From Minisyncoccota bacterium (GTDB taxonomy: Bacteria; Patescibacteriota; Minisyncoccia; UBA6257; GWB1-50-10), in NCBI GenBank assembly GCA_041917695.1, contig JAYRXE010000010.1:1-57334 (forward strand): DNA of 57,334 nucleotides, read 5' to 3'. Position numbers and translations under genes: made by a program. Numbering within the stretch: the first letter of the stretch is position 1; the number at the start of each line of letters is the position of its first letter. Below the pieces are notes generated by a model, which was not told the origin of the DNA, ran no database searches, and worked only from the letters and a program-made list of their open reading frames with translations. Shown here piece after piece: positions 42,798-51,732 of this stretch.

Positions 42798-42984
42798 ACT
42801 TTCCCGACGAGCGGGATTTTCAACGCTCGCTTCGTTTAGTCAAATTTCGGAACAAAGATTTTTTTTGCCTGGCCAGGAATCCAAACTCAAAAACATAGCC
42901 TGAAGCGGAAACCCCTTGCAGGACTTTTTGTTTTTCAACGAAAAGTCCAGTTCAGGAAGTACAAAACTCCATTACCTGTGGGCC
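42798..42984 (+). repeat. 187-bp direct repeat, copy R2
   Basis: ACTTTCCCGACGAGCGGGATTTTCAACGCTC...CCTGTGGGCC. Contains AGTCAAATTTCGGAAC (42838-42853) and the hairpin GGACTTTT-N12-AAAAGTCC. Confidence 0.8.
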
Positions 42985-42989
42985 ACCTG

Positions 42990-43172
42990 ATGAACGACAA
43001 GGAAATCCGCGCCGCACTGATCCAAAAAATTTGTCGAGAAAATTTTTCGAATCCGGACGCTCTGCTCGTCGAGGAACTCGGGCTGTGCGAAGGGAAGTCT
43101 CACTTGGACCCCCTCCTCTTCACCGACCGCGGTGACCACCAAGGCTGCCACTGCATGAAACTATTGGGGTGA
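42990..43172 (+). pseudogene. N-terminal fragment of an sce7726-family gene
   Basis: MNDKEIRAALIQKICRENFSNPDALLVEELGLCEG matches the N-terminal pattern of sce7726-family proteins as I recall it. The frame then degenerates, stops after 60 aa and runs into the convergent TPR gene. Confidence 0.45.
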
Positions 43173-45233
43173 TTGTTTCATGAGTTTTCGTACTCGCTCC
43201 AAATTCTTTGAAACAGCCATCGTGCTGGGGTGTTCCTTCCCAAGCATCTTTTCCCTAATCGCCAGCGAACGGACAAACAATGGTTCGGCTTTCGCATATG
43301 CCCCCTGGACTTGATAAAGCAATGCCAGATTGTTCAGGCAGGTCGCGACGAAAGGGTGTCCCGGCCCGAGCGACTTTTCACCTATCGCCAACGACCTGAC
43401 AAGCAACGGTTCTGCTTTCGCGTATTCCTTTTGGACTTCGTAAAGCGTTGCCAGATTGTTCAAGGCAGTCGCGACGAAAGGGTTCCACGGCCCGAGCACT
43501 TTTTCACTTATCGCCAGTGATCGGGCAAACAACGGCTCGGCTTTCTCATATGCCCCTTGGTCTTCAAAAAGCAACGCCAGATTGTTCAAGCAGGTCGCGA
43601 CGAAAGGGTGTTCCGGCCCGAAAGTCTTTTCTCCTATCGCCAATGACCTAACAAATAACGGCTCGGATTCCACATATGCCCTTTGGACTCGGTACAGCGT
43701 CGCCAGATTGTTCAGCGCAGCCGCGACGTCGGGATGTTCCTGCCCGAGTGTCTTTTCCTTTATCGCCAGCGAACGGACAAACAACGGCTCGGCTTTCGAG
43801 TAGGCCCCCTGATCACAATAAAGCAATGCCAGATTGTTCAGGCAGGTCGCGACGTCGGGATGTTCCTGCCCGAGCGACTTTTCGATTATCGCCAAAGAAC
43901 GAACAAACAACGGCTCAGCTTTCCCGTATGCCCCTTGGGCCGTGTAAAGCAATGCCAGATTGCCCAAAGCAATTGCGACGTCGGGGTGTGCTAGCCCGAA
44001 GGCCTTTTCCCTTATCTCCAAAGAACGGACAAACAACGGCTCAGCTTTCCCGTATGCCCCTTGGGCCTTGTAAAGCAATGCCAAGTTGTTCAGAGAAGTC
44101 CCGACGAAGGAGTGTTCTGCCCCAAGTGCCTTTTCCCTTATCGCCAACGACCTGACAAGCAACGGCTCGACTTTCGCATATTCCCCTTGGGCTTTATAGA
44201 GACACGCCAGATTGTTCTGGGCAGTCGCGACGTCGGGGTGCTCCGGTCCAAGTGCCTTTTCTCTTATCGCCAACGACCTGACAAGCAACGGTTCGGCTTT
44301 CACGTACTCCCCCTGGGCTTGGTAAAGCAACGCCAGATTGTTCAGGGATGTCGCAAAATCAGGATTCTCAACGCCAAATTTCTTCTCTTTAATTTCAAGC
44401 GCTTTTACAAGGAACAGCTTTGCTTCCTCAAACTTTGCCAGAACCAACAATGTCACCCCGTATTTGTTCAGTATTATCTCGTCCTCTGGGCGACGATCCG
44501 CAGCTTCCTGGTAAGCAACTGATGCTTCCAAATACTTGCCCTGCGCATATCTTGCCTGACCAAGGCCAAATGCCGCCTCCGCTGTTTTCAACTTCGCTTG
44601 TGCTTCTTCTTTTCTTCGAACTTCGAACGATTCTTCAAACCCAAGCTCTGCCTCCCGATATCTTTCCAGATACAGATTACCCAAAGCTTTATCAAAGGGA
44701 TCCTTTGCAACGGCGGCCCAAGCCCGGATGGCCTGATCAATTTCATTTTTCGGTAGGTCGTAGTATTTCGCGGTTTCCTCTAATGTGATTTCAATCTCAC
44801 GACTACGAAGGCTTTCCTCCCGTGCGGCAATTGCCTTTGTTGTCGCACGTTGCACCATCGCCCGCAAAACGTTCGGGTCTTTGAGCAAAGCAAGATCACC
44901 CCGCTTCGCCAATACGATCTTTTTATCTCGTGAGCCAAGTTCGATCACACCGTCCCACGGTGAAACAAATACCCAACCCGAAGGTTTGATGATTTCCAGA
45001 CTCACCCAGCCGCTTCCGAATGCTTCACTTGAAGGATGAACGGCTAACTGTCCCGAACGTGTCGTTGTTTGCCGACAACCAGCACCATTGGCCGGGCAGA
45101 GAATAAAACCAGCCAGCGCCGAGCCTTTCGTATCTTGAACCTGAACCAGAACGGCTCTCTGCGGCCCTTGCGCCAAAGCCGGTGAAGTTATGATTAGAAA
45201 CAAAAAACCAAAAAACAGGCTGGATTTTCTCAT
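43161..45233 (-). CDS. secreted tetratricopeptide-repeat protein (kinesin-light-chain-type TPRs)
   Basis: ORF 43161..45326. The Met at 45233 (GGGAGG upstream) opens a signal peptide (MRKSSLFFGFLFLIITSPALAQG). About nine consecutive 42-aa units follow (LNNLALLYxxQGxYxKAEPLxVRSLAIxEKxLGxEHPxVA). Confidence 0.85.
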   Translation of the reverse strand: MRKSSLFFGFLFLIITSPALAQGPQRAVLVQVQDTKGSALAGFILCPANGAGCRQTTTRSGQLAVHPSSEAFGSGWVSLEIIKPSGWVFVSPWDGVIELGSRDKKIVLAKRGDLALLKDPNVLRAMVQRATTKAIAAREESLRSREIEITLEETAKYYDLPKNEIDQAIRAWAAVAKDPFDKALGNLYLERYREAELGFEESFEVRRKEEAQAKLKTAEAAFGLGQARYAQGKYLEASVAYQEAADRRPEDEIILNKYGVTLLVLAKFEEAKLFLVKALEIKEKKFGVENPDFATSLNNLALLYQAQGEYVKAEPLLVRSLAIREKALGPEHPDVATAQNNLACLYKAQGEYAKVEPLLVRSLAIREKALGAEHSFVGTSLNNLALLYKAQGAYGKAEPLFVRSLEIREKAFGLAHPDVAIALGNLALLYTAQGAYGKAEPLFVRSLAIIEKSLGQEHPDVATCLNNLALLYCDQGAYSKAEPLFVRSLAIKEKTLGQEHPDVAAALNNLATLYRVQRAYVESEPLFVRSLAIGEKTFGPEHPFVATCLNNLALLFEDQGAYEKAEPLFARSLAISEKVLGPWNPFVATALNNLATLYEVQKEYAKAEPLLVRSLAIGEKSLGPGHPFVATCLNNLALLYQVQGAYAKAEPLFVRSLAIREKMLGKEHPSTMAVSKNLERVRKLMKQSPQ

Positions 45234-45534
45234 AAATATTCGACCTCCCTGGGTCACCCTTGGTTGTGTAGGTTTCCGTGTGAAATCAATCGAGATTCCT
45301 ACTTGAGGGGCGGAGACTGGTTTCACTTGGCAACACCAACCAAACCCTTTTTAGGATGCCCTTTTGCACTCGCAAATTATCCATTCAGAGGCATGCGTTG
45401 ATTTTCACCTCGGTGACTGGCCGTGAAGGGGGGGGGCGATAACTAAAACCCAGATACACGATAACGGACGGAATTCTTGGGAGACTTTTGGGAGAGGTTG
45501 AAATCACCAGGATAGCCCGGATTTCGGGTCGAAG

Positions 45535-45559
45535 ACCGGCGGCAGACGCCGGTTTTTTT
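45535..45559 (+). terminator. Rho-independent terminator with no annotated upstream gene
   Basis: ACCGGCG-gcaga-CGCCGGT followed by T7. Confidence 0.6.
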
Positions 45560-45564
45560 GTGCC

Positions 45565-45780
45565 TGAAGGTCGTCCCCGGTGGGTGTCCGAAGGCGGTCC
45601 CCGGCGGGTGCTGAAGGCGGGCCGATGAAGGTCGGCGGCGAGCGGTGATGATGGCCTCGATGGGCGGCCTGGACAGGTGGTCGAAGCAGGCCGATGAACG
45701 TACCGGCAGGGGCTTGGTTTGGTGTCGCCGGCGATACTATCTCGTTTGCGCGCCTGTGAAGGCGGTCAAGGCGGCCCGTC
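45565..45780 (+). repeat. GC-rich array of GAAGG(C/T)(C/G)G-containing units; candidate left-end transposase-binding region of the Mu-like prophage
   Basis: TGAAGGTCGTCCCCGGTGGGTG and CGAAGGCGGTCCCCGGCGGGTG in tandem, then TGAAGGCGGGCCGA, TGAAGGTCGGCGG, and TGAAGGCGGTCAAGGCGGCC at 45757. Composition matches the prophage body. Confidence 0.4.
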
Positions 45781-45798
45781 ATTCGCCGCGAAAATTGA

Positions 45799-46524
45799 TC
45801 AGGTTGCTCGCGCTATGACCTTCCCTGATTTGGTATCAAAAAAATGGAAGGCAATGACTTTTCCTTTTAGGTAATGAAAAACAAAAAATTTGGTGACTTC
45901 ATCTGACGAGATGAATGGGTAGGCAAGTTTGATGCTGATCATAGCGCCAAGACTGGGCTTTATCTTCCTTGCGTCTTCAGCTTTCATCCCGACTCTAAAA
46001 TGAATCGAGTTGCTCGCTGGATTGTCCCTTTGAAGCCGGAACCCATCAACCAGCTTCAAGAGAACCGCTTGTAACTGTTTGTTTTTACCCTTCGGGATAT
46101 GAGCGCAATAAAGAGTATCAGGCTGAAATGCCATGCTTCGGGTCTGAAGGAAATCAACGTGGATATTCAGAATTTCCGCATCGGCGTCATATGAGGCCCG
46201 CCAGTCTCTCAAGCGAAACGCAAATACATCCTCAACGGTGAGCAAATCCAAGACCGGTTTCTGAAACGCTCCAGCTACACGACTGTCAAAAGCCGATGTC
46301 GTTTCAAATTCGTCTTTGGGTTTAATGCTTTTCCATATCCGTCGCACTCCCTCATATACCTCAAATGGGTCATGCCCCGGATCGTTTGGTGGAAATTCAG
46401 TAGCATTCTCGTCAAAAGGGATCGTGGAATAGTGAGAGGTAGTCGAAGTTTGTTTTTGCTTCTTTTGCCCCCAAATGGGCAAAGAAAAGCAAACAAGCAA
46501 AATCAAAGAAACTAAGATTTTCAT
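45799..46524 (-). CDS. secreted hypothetical protein (241 aa) co-transcribed with the prophage repressor
   Basis: Signal peptide MKILVSLILLVCFSLPIWGQ. AT-rich. Starts 12 nt after the repressor stop. Confidence 0.65.
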   Translation of the reverse strand: MKILVSLILLVCFSLPIWGQKKQKQTSTTSHYSTIPFDENATEFPPNDPGHDPFEVYEGVRRIWKSIKPKDEFETTSAFDSRVAGAFQKPVLDLLTVEDVFAFRLRDWRASYDADAEILNIHVDFLQTRSMAFQPDTLYCAHIPKGKNKQLQAVLLKLVDGFRLQRDNPASNSIHFRVGMKAEDARKIKPSLGAMISIKLAYPFISSDEVTKFFVFHYLKGKVIAFHFFDTKSGKVIARAT

Positions 46525-46536
46525 CTTGGACTCCTT

Positions 46537-47379
46537 TCATCCACGAGTACGGCGTTGGATTTCCTCGACGATTCCTTGGATGACCACCTGGTCAGGCGCA
46601 AAAACCCTGGTCTTGTAATCAGGGTTGGCGGGAACGAGGTGAATCTCGCCGCCCCTCAAATAAAACCGTTTGCAGGTTGCCTCCCCATTGATAAGCGCGA
46701 TCACGACATCCCCGTTTTTGGGGTTGGATTCGGCCCGGCAGAGGATGCGGTCGCCGTCCCGGATGTCCATATCGATCATGCTTTCGCCGCGAGCAATGAG
46801 AGCGAACATCTGTCTCGGATCGTAAGGGAAGGTCTTGGCGACCCGAATTTCATCCGTGTTTGGAATCGCTTCGATGGGGTCGCCGCAGGAAATGTAGCCT
46901 AGCAGCTTGATTGTCACCCATTCAATATCAACCGGAATCAGCTTGATCGATTCGAACGGTTGCGTGTTGACGAGACCTTTCGCCTCCAAACTTTCAATGA
47001 CCAGATCGTAAATCACGCGGTCAAAGGTCTTCCCTTGGGTACGAGCAAGTTCATCAATCACGGCCTCGGTCGTGCTGTTGAAAATGACGGTTCTTCCGGG
47101 AGGCTCATCAGTCCAGGTGACGTGCCGGTCCACGAGGCTTAGAACTGAATCTGGAACAGGCTCCTGTTTGCGGACCTTCATCTCTCCTTGACCGGTTAAA
47201 AGCCAATGAAGGTTAACTTTCGTGGAATCCGCAATCTTCAATAAAACTTCAGCGCGAGGAAGCTGCCCTTCACTCAAATAGTTTTTTGCTCCTTGGTAAG
47301 AAATACCAAGGATCTTAGCTATTTGAGCCGGTTCACTGGTCCCAAGAGCTTCAACGAGCCTTGAAGAAAATTCATTCAT
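46537..47379 (-). CDS. phage CI/LexA-type repressor (XRE HTH plus S24 peptidase domain)
   Basis: N-terminal HTH (AQIAKILGISYQGAKNYL). C-terminal S24 motifs (ARGESM...GDVVIALINGEATCKRF). Confidence 0.85.
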   Translation of the reverse strand: MNEFSSRLVEALGTSEPAQIAKILGISYQGAKNYLSEGQLPRAEVLLKIADSTKVNLHWLLTGQGEMKVRKQEPVPDSVLSLVDRHVTWTDEPPGRTVIFNSTTEAVIDELARTQGKTFDRVIYDLVIESLEAKGLVNTQPFESIKLIPVDIEWVTIKLLGYISCGDPIEAIPNTDEIRVAKTFPYDPRQMFALIARGESMIDMDIRDGDRILCRAESNPKNGDVVIALINGEATCKRFYLRGGEIHLVPANPDYKTRVFAPDQVVIQGIVEEIQRRTRG

Positions 47380-47404
47380 TTTGAACTTTTATGGAATTTC
47401 CTGA

Positions 47405-47433
47405 TTGACAGAAACTCCACGAAACTTTAATCT
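47405..47433 (+). promoter_or_regulatory. sigma70-type early promoter
   Basis: TTGACA, 17 nt, TAATCT. The spacer holds the direct repeat GAAACT...GAAACT. Lies about 38 nt upstream of the Ner-like ATG. Confidence 0.6.
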
Positions 47434-47470
47434 CACGAACGTTCTAGCACACTTGTTGGAAGAAATTACC

Positions 47471-47653
47471 ATGACGAAAAAGCAAATTGAACATGCCCTG
47501 GTTGACGCGGAACTCTCCGTGACGCAGTTGGCTGAGAAGTTGGGCTATGCCCGGACATCAGTCAGCCGCGCAATCCACGGTGACGAGCGATACCACATCG
47601 TTCGGCGGCGCGTTGTGGAGTACCTGAGCCAGTTCGCGCAAATCGCCGCGTAG
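47471..47653 (+). CDS. Ner/Cro-like small HTH DNA-binding protein (60 aa)
   Basis: MTKKQIEHALVDAELSVTQLAEKLGYARTSVSRAIHG. Divergent from the repressor. Confidence 0.7.
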   Translation: MTKKQIEHALVDAELSVTQLAEKLGYARTSVSRAIHGDERYHIVRRRVVEYLSQFAQIAA

Positions 47654-47733
47654 ACCACCAAACACAATCGAATCCGCCACCGCAGGCTGCTGCCTGGTCG
47701 GGATTCGTCTTGCCAAAAACCGGAGTCGGAGCA

Positions 47734-48120
47734 ATGCACCAGAACGATCGCGAATTGTTCATCCCCGCTGCCCAGGGGCGCATCGAGATCCCTCGCTGTC
47801 GCGTCTGTAAGACCCACATCAATTACATGGCCGATGTTTTCCCCGCTGAACGTCACTGCATTCTGTGCAGCCGGTCGATCTGCAATCAGCGATTGCAGGC
47901 GTCGATGGAGTTGTCTGAGGCCGCCGCCAAGAACCTTGCTGGTCAGGCCACTGCTTCTTACTTGATCACGGTTTTGCGTATGGGCGCGGCGATGTCGGCA
48001 GGGGATGAGGCTTCCATCAAGAGGTTGAGGAAGACGTTGGCGCGCTGCCACGAACGGCTGGAGCGTCGCCTGTACCTGGTCGGTCTCGTTCGCGTCTGCG
48101 ACTCCACACCAATCAACTGA
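47734..48120 (+). CDS. hypothetical phage early protein with CxxC...CxxC
   Basis: ORF 47710..48120. The ATG at 47734 has GGAG upstream. Confidence 0.5.
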   Translation: MHQNDRELFIPAAQGRIEIPRCRVCKTHINYMADVFPAERHCILCSRSICNQRLQASMELSEAAAKNLAGQATASYLITVLRMGAAMSAGDEASIKRLRKTLARCHERLERRLYLVGLVRVCDSTPIN

Positions 48121-48199
48121 GGCGCGCCACCCGCGGAGGTTCGGCGCGGTCGAGCCTGCGCGGGTGGCACGCCCCACACCACGGCCTGGAGGAATCCTG

Positions 48200-48832
48200 A
48201 TGGGCCTCGCCAGTTTTCTGCGCGCCATTGCGGCCGCGCTCGATCCGCAACCCTCAATCACTGTCATTGGAGGCAGTTTCAGCATGTTCAAACTTCCCTG
48301 CGATACACCCGATTTCACATTCACCGTGCCCTTGCCGAAGGTCGTCATTAAGGACACCGAAGGCAACCAGGTGACCGCCGGCTTCAAGGAGGTCATCGAA
48401 TCCGACAATCCCGACGCCCTTCAGGTGCTGGGCTTCAACCGCGAAAGCCGCGATTGCGTGGTCCGCGTGGGAAGTCCCGGCGTCGCCGTGCTGCGGCACG
48501 TCGTCATCGCCGGCAACGCCCGCGTCACCGTGTCCGAGCATCCGCCGGTGCGAGTCACTACCGGGACCATCGACCAGGTCGAGGTGTCCGGCGATCCCTT
48601 CAACCTTCCGGGAATCGTCCCCGATACGGAAATTTTCGCCGCCGATGCGTCCGAAGTCCTTCCGGGCGATACCGATGGAGAACTTTCCGCCGCGATTCAG
48701 CCCATTGAAATCGAACCCATCGGGACCGTGATGGGCGATTTCGGTCCTGAACTGATCCTCCCCGCCGAACTCGAAGCGGCCCTGGCCGAGACGCCGGTGA
48801 AACCGGCCCCGCCCGAAACTCCCGTCGAGTAG
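48200..48832 (+). CDS. hypothetical phage early protein
   Basis: ORF 48164..48832. The ATG at 48200 is preceded by GGAGGA. Confidence 0.55.
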   Translation: MGLASFLRAIAAALDPQPSITVIGGSFSMFKLPCDTPDFTFTVPLPKVVIKDTEGNQVTAGFKEVIESDNPDALQVLGFNRESRDCVVRVGSPGVAVLRHVVIAGNARVTVSEHPPVRVTTGTIDQVEVSGDPFNLPGIVPDTEIFAADASEVLPGDTDGELSAAIQPIEIEPIGTVMGDFGPELILPAELEAALAETPVKPAPPETPVE

Positions 48833-48937
48833 CACGGACGGGCGGCGTGCCGATGGTGCGCCCGCCGCCCGTCTCCCATCAATGCGCGGCAACCGAATGC
48901 GGCGCACGGCAACAAGCCCCAACCACAGGAGACCACT

Positions 48938-49459
48938 ATGAAATCGCTTACTCGTTCGCGCCGCGTGTACGGCGCTCGTGAATTCCTCGCCGGTCCCGAA
49001 CTGATCAAGCAGGCGGCGGCGGTGACGACCATGAAGGCGCTCGGCGAGGCGTTGGGTCGCAGTGAAAGCTTCGTCGAAAAATGCGTGCAGCCGGTCGAAA
49101 GCGGCATCGGCCAGGGGAAGACGGTCGTGGACTTCGTCACCCTTGCCGACCGCTTTTTTTCTTTCGCCATCGAGCACGCTCCCGAGGTCGCTCGTCAGTT
49201 CCAAGAACGGTTTGAGTTGGCGCGGGCCGCATTCGAGAACCGCCAGCGGGTGACCGCCGAAGTCGAGCCGCCGGATGCGGCCGATCTTACCGAGTCATTG
49301 CAGGAAGTCTTCGTGCAGAAAGCGGAGTTCGAGATGGCGCTCGCCTCGGGCGCTCCCAACGCGGTCGTGCGGAAGGAGCAAGCCGACGTGGTCGATGCCA
49401 CGGATCGCTTCCTCCGGCTTCGCAGCATCGCGTCGCCCGCCTTCAAACCCGCCGCGTAA
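48938..49459 (+). CDS. hypothetical phage early protein (173 aa)
   Basis: ORF track. AGGAG upstream. Confidence 0.6.
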   Translation: MKSLTRSRRVYGAREFLAGPELIKQAAAVTTMKALGEALGRSESFVEKCVQPVESGIGQGKTVVDFVTLADRFFSFAIEHAPEVARQFQERFELARAAFENRQRVTAEVEPPDAADLTESLQEVFVQKAEFEMALASGAPNAVVRKEQADVVDATDRFLRLRSIASPAFKPAA

Positions 49460-49482
49460 CTGAGACCAAAGGGAGGTTTCTT

Positions 49483-49731
49483 ATGTCAAAGGTCAACGAC
49501 TCCCAGCAGGAAAGGCTCAGGCTCGCGGCCTCGGTGAGTAAGGCGATGGAGGGGGTGACTTGCCCTTACATCCTGAGCGATCTGCGTCGGGTGCAAGCCG
49601 TCATTCTTTTCATGAACTCGGACGAGTACGCCCTGATCAAACAGGGTCTTCAGACCCATCCGAACTTCATCAACTTCAATCTCGACGAGATGACTCTGCC
49701 AGCCGAGGAAGTCGCTCGGATGTGCGCGTGA
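49483..49731 (+). CDS. hypothetical phage early protein (82 aa)
   Basis: ORF track. GGGAGG upstream. Confidence 0.55.
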   Translation: MSKVNDSQQERLRLAASVSKAMEGVTCPYILSDLRRVQAVILFMNSDEYALIKQGLQTHPNFINFNLDEMTLPAEEVARMCA

Positions 49732-49738
49732 GGTCCCA

Positions 49739-50173
49739 ATGAAGATGACCACCGAACAGCGGAAAACCATCTTCGGTCTCGCGAAGAAGGTCGGGATGAG
49801 CAACGAGACGCTGGCCCTGGCTGTGTCTCGCATCACCGGCAACCCCATCGAGGAAGGCCACACCGGGATTGCCGCGATGGGGTTCGACGATGCCAACAAG
49901 CTGATCCGGGAACTGGGCGGCACGGAGCATCGGTACGAATCCAAGCGCACCGCGCAGCACCGCCGTCGCAAGGCCGGAATCAAGGCCATCGCGACGAAAC
50001 GCCAACTCAACTACATCAATTTCCTCGCGGGTGAACGGGGTTGGTCGGATGAAGCCCTGGCTGCGTTCTGTCAACGCCAGATCAAGAAAACGTCGCCCAC
50101 CACCACGAAGGAAGCCAACGCCGTCATCGAGGCGCTGAAGGCAATGGCCGCGCGGCCACGCAACGCGGCTTGA
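49739..50173 (+). CDS. GemA/gp16 (DUF1018)-like phage regulatory protein
   Basis: MKMTTEQRKTIFGLAKKVGMSNETLALAV...FDDANKLIRELGG and a second similar half (KRQLNYINFLAGERGWSDEAL...KEANAVIEALK) match my recollection of the DUF1018 pattern. Confidence 0.5.
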   Translation: MKMTTEQRKTIFGLAKKVGMSNETLALAVSRITGNPIEEGHTGIAAMGFDDANKLIRELGGTEHRYESKRTAQHRRRKAGIKAIATKRQLNYINFLAGERGWSDEALAAFCQRQIKKTSPTTTKEANAVIEALKAMAARPRNAA

Positions 50174-50201
50174 CGAACCAAGGAAACGAAAGGACTCCAA
50201 A

Positions 50202-50801
50202 ATGTCAGACACCAATAATCGCGATCTTCTTTGGGAAGCGGTGTGCGAAATCTGCGGCATCACCCAGCCCAGCCTGTACGGGCGCGCCCGGCTCAATGGC
50301 GAAGTCTCCAAGCTCCGGCACGCCAACATCACCGCCGATGAAGTCACCCGGTTCGGGAACTGGTTCAGCCAGTTCGACTGGCGGGGCAAGAAGGGCGAAC
50401 TCCCGACACCTGTTCTGATCTGCCAGCAGTGGCCGCAGTTCAAGGCGTGGGACGAAATGCAGGCCCTGAAGGCGGCACCGGTGCAGCCCGTGGTCGAGCC
50501 GGAGGTGGAAGACGAGCCGCGCACTCCCGGTGACATGGACCCCGAGTACTTGCAGGAACAGTTCGAGGAGTGGGCCTACGACCGGCGGGGGGACGTGTGG
50601 GATTCGATTCCGTTGCAGGAGCGGCAGGTCCGGCTGGATCGCGAGCGTGCCTACCTCGCCAACAAAGTCGGCCCGGCGGCTTTCTCTCGGATGCCGATGG
50701 ACGAGATCAACTCGACCGTCACCACGAACGCGATGTTCCGCGCGGCCAAGGAGAAGCTCACCCTGGCCGACTACCTGAAAACCATCGTGAAGGCGGCCTG
50801 A
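50202..50801 (+). CDS. hypothetical phage early protein (199 aa)
   Basis: ORF track. Confidence 0.6.
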   Translation: MSDTNNRDLLWEAVCEICGITQPSLYGRARLNGEVSKLRHANITADEVTRFGNWFSQFDWRGKKGELPTPVLICQQWPQFKAWDEMQALKAAPVQPVVEPEVEDEPRTPGDMDPEYLQEQFEEWAYDRRGDVWDSIPLQERQVRLDRERAYLANKVGPAAFSRMPMDEINSTVTTNAMFRAAKEKLTLADYLKTIVKAA

Positions 50802-50919
50802 ATGCGGAATCCGGCAGTGCGCCGCATTGCCGGAAAATCCGCCGCGCGGACGCTGCCTTTGTTGGAAACAAAAGACTTACAGGATTCAAATTCCGGAATG
50901 CCGGAATTTTGAGGGAAGA

Positions 50920-51729
50920 ATGAAAAAAACTTCGACAGATCCAAAACCCGATGCCATTGCCGTTATCAACAACGCCAATAGCATTCAACACTTCAACCCA
51001 AACAGCATTCGAGCCTTTGAAGCTTTGGGTGCGGTGAAAGCTCTTCAGGCAATCACGAACTTCATCTCTGGTCAGGCCCTGTTGGGTTTGAAAAGCATTG
51101 AAGAGTCCGGTGCTTACAAGGATTTTGGTTGCGCGACTTTCGCTGATTTTTTGGACAAGTTCTCTCCCATTAAGAAAACAGCCTTCTACGACCGCTGGAA
51201 TCTTCTCCAAAAGGAAGGCGCTGCTTTCGACGTTCTGACCCAGATCGGCGTCAGCATCCGGGACCGCAAGCTCCTCGGGCGCGGTGAGGTCGGCATCGAG
51301 GGCGACGAGATCATCATCAAGGGCGAGCGGGTCAACATCTCCGAGAAAGAGCAGATCAAGACCATCATCGCGACCCTCACCCAGAAGGTGAACGATCAGG
51401 ATGCGAAGATTTCCAAAGGCGAGAAGACCGTCAAGGACCTGAAGACCCGGCTTTCCGACGCGGAGCGTGAAGCTCGGGAAAACTCCCGGCGGCTCGCGAC
51501 GTGGGAAGAACGACTCACGGAGGCACAGGTCTCCCTCGGGAATCTGGCTCTCGCCCTGGGCGCCCCGGACATCAGCATCGAAGACCGCCGCGAACACGCC
51601 CGGCTCATCCTCGAAGGGCTGGGTCAGCAGATGGTCCGGGTGCATCGGGCGCTCGGGCTGCACTCGGATGAAGAACAGCAGAATCACGCCATCGACGAAC
51701 TGCTCGCCGATCTGGACGCGGAGGGATAG
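50920..51729 (+). CDS. hypothetical coiled-coil protein (269 aa) preceding the transposase
   Basis: Internal Met MKKTSTDPK of ORF 50827..51729. GAGGGA upstream. The 5' half is visibly AT-richer than the prophage. Confidence 0.6.
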   Translation: MKKTSTDPKPDAIAVINNANSIQHFNPNSIRAFEALGAVKALQAITNFISGQALLGLKSIEESGAYKDFGCATFADFLDKFSPIKKTAFYDRWNLLQKEGAAFDVLTQIGVSIRDRKLLGRGEVGIEGDEIIIKGERVNISEKEQIKTIIATLTQKVNDQDAKISKGEKTVKDLKTRLSDAEREARENSRRLATWEERLTEAQVSLGNLALALGAPDISIEDRREHARLILEGLGQQMVRVHRALGLHSDEEQQNHAIDELLADLDAEG

Positions 51730-51732
51730 GCC

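Noticed and set aside
43230-44530. Regular 126-bp periodicity and many overlapping small ORFs on the plus strand, which could look like a repeat array.
   Set aside because: The periodicity is the DNA image of the 42-aa TPR units of the minus-strand gene 43161..45233. This is not a CRISPR array: the spacers are not unique and the repeats are diverged.
45504-45782. 92-aa minus-strand ORF in the GC-rich repeat region.
   Set aside because: The translation is Pro/Arg/Gly-rich and repetitive. It coincides with the TGAAGG repeat array.
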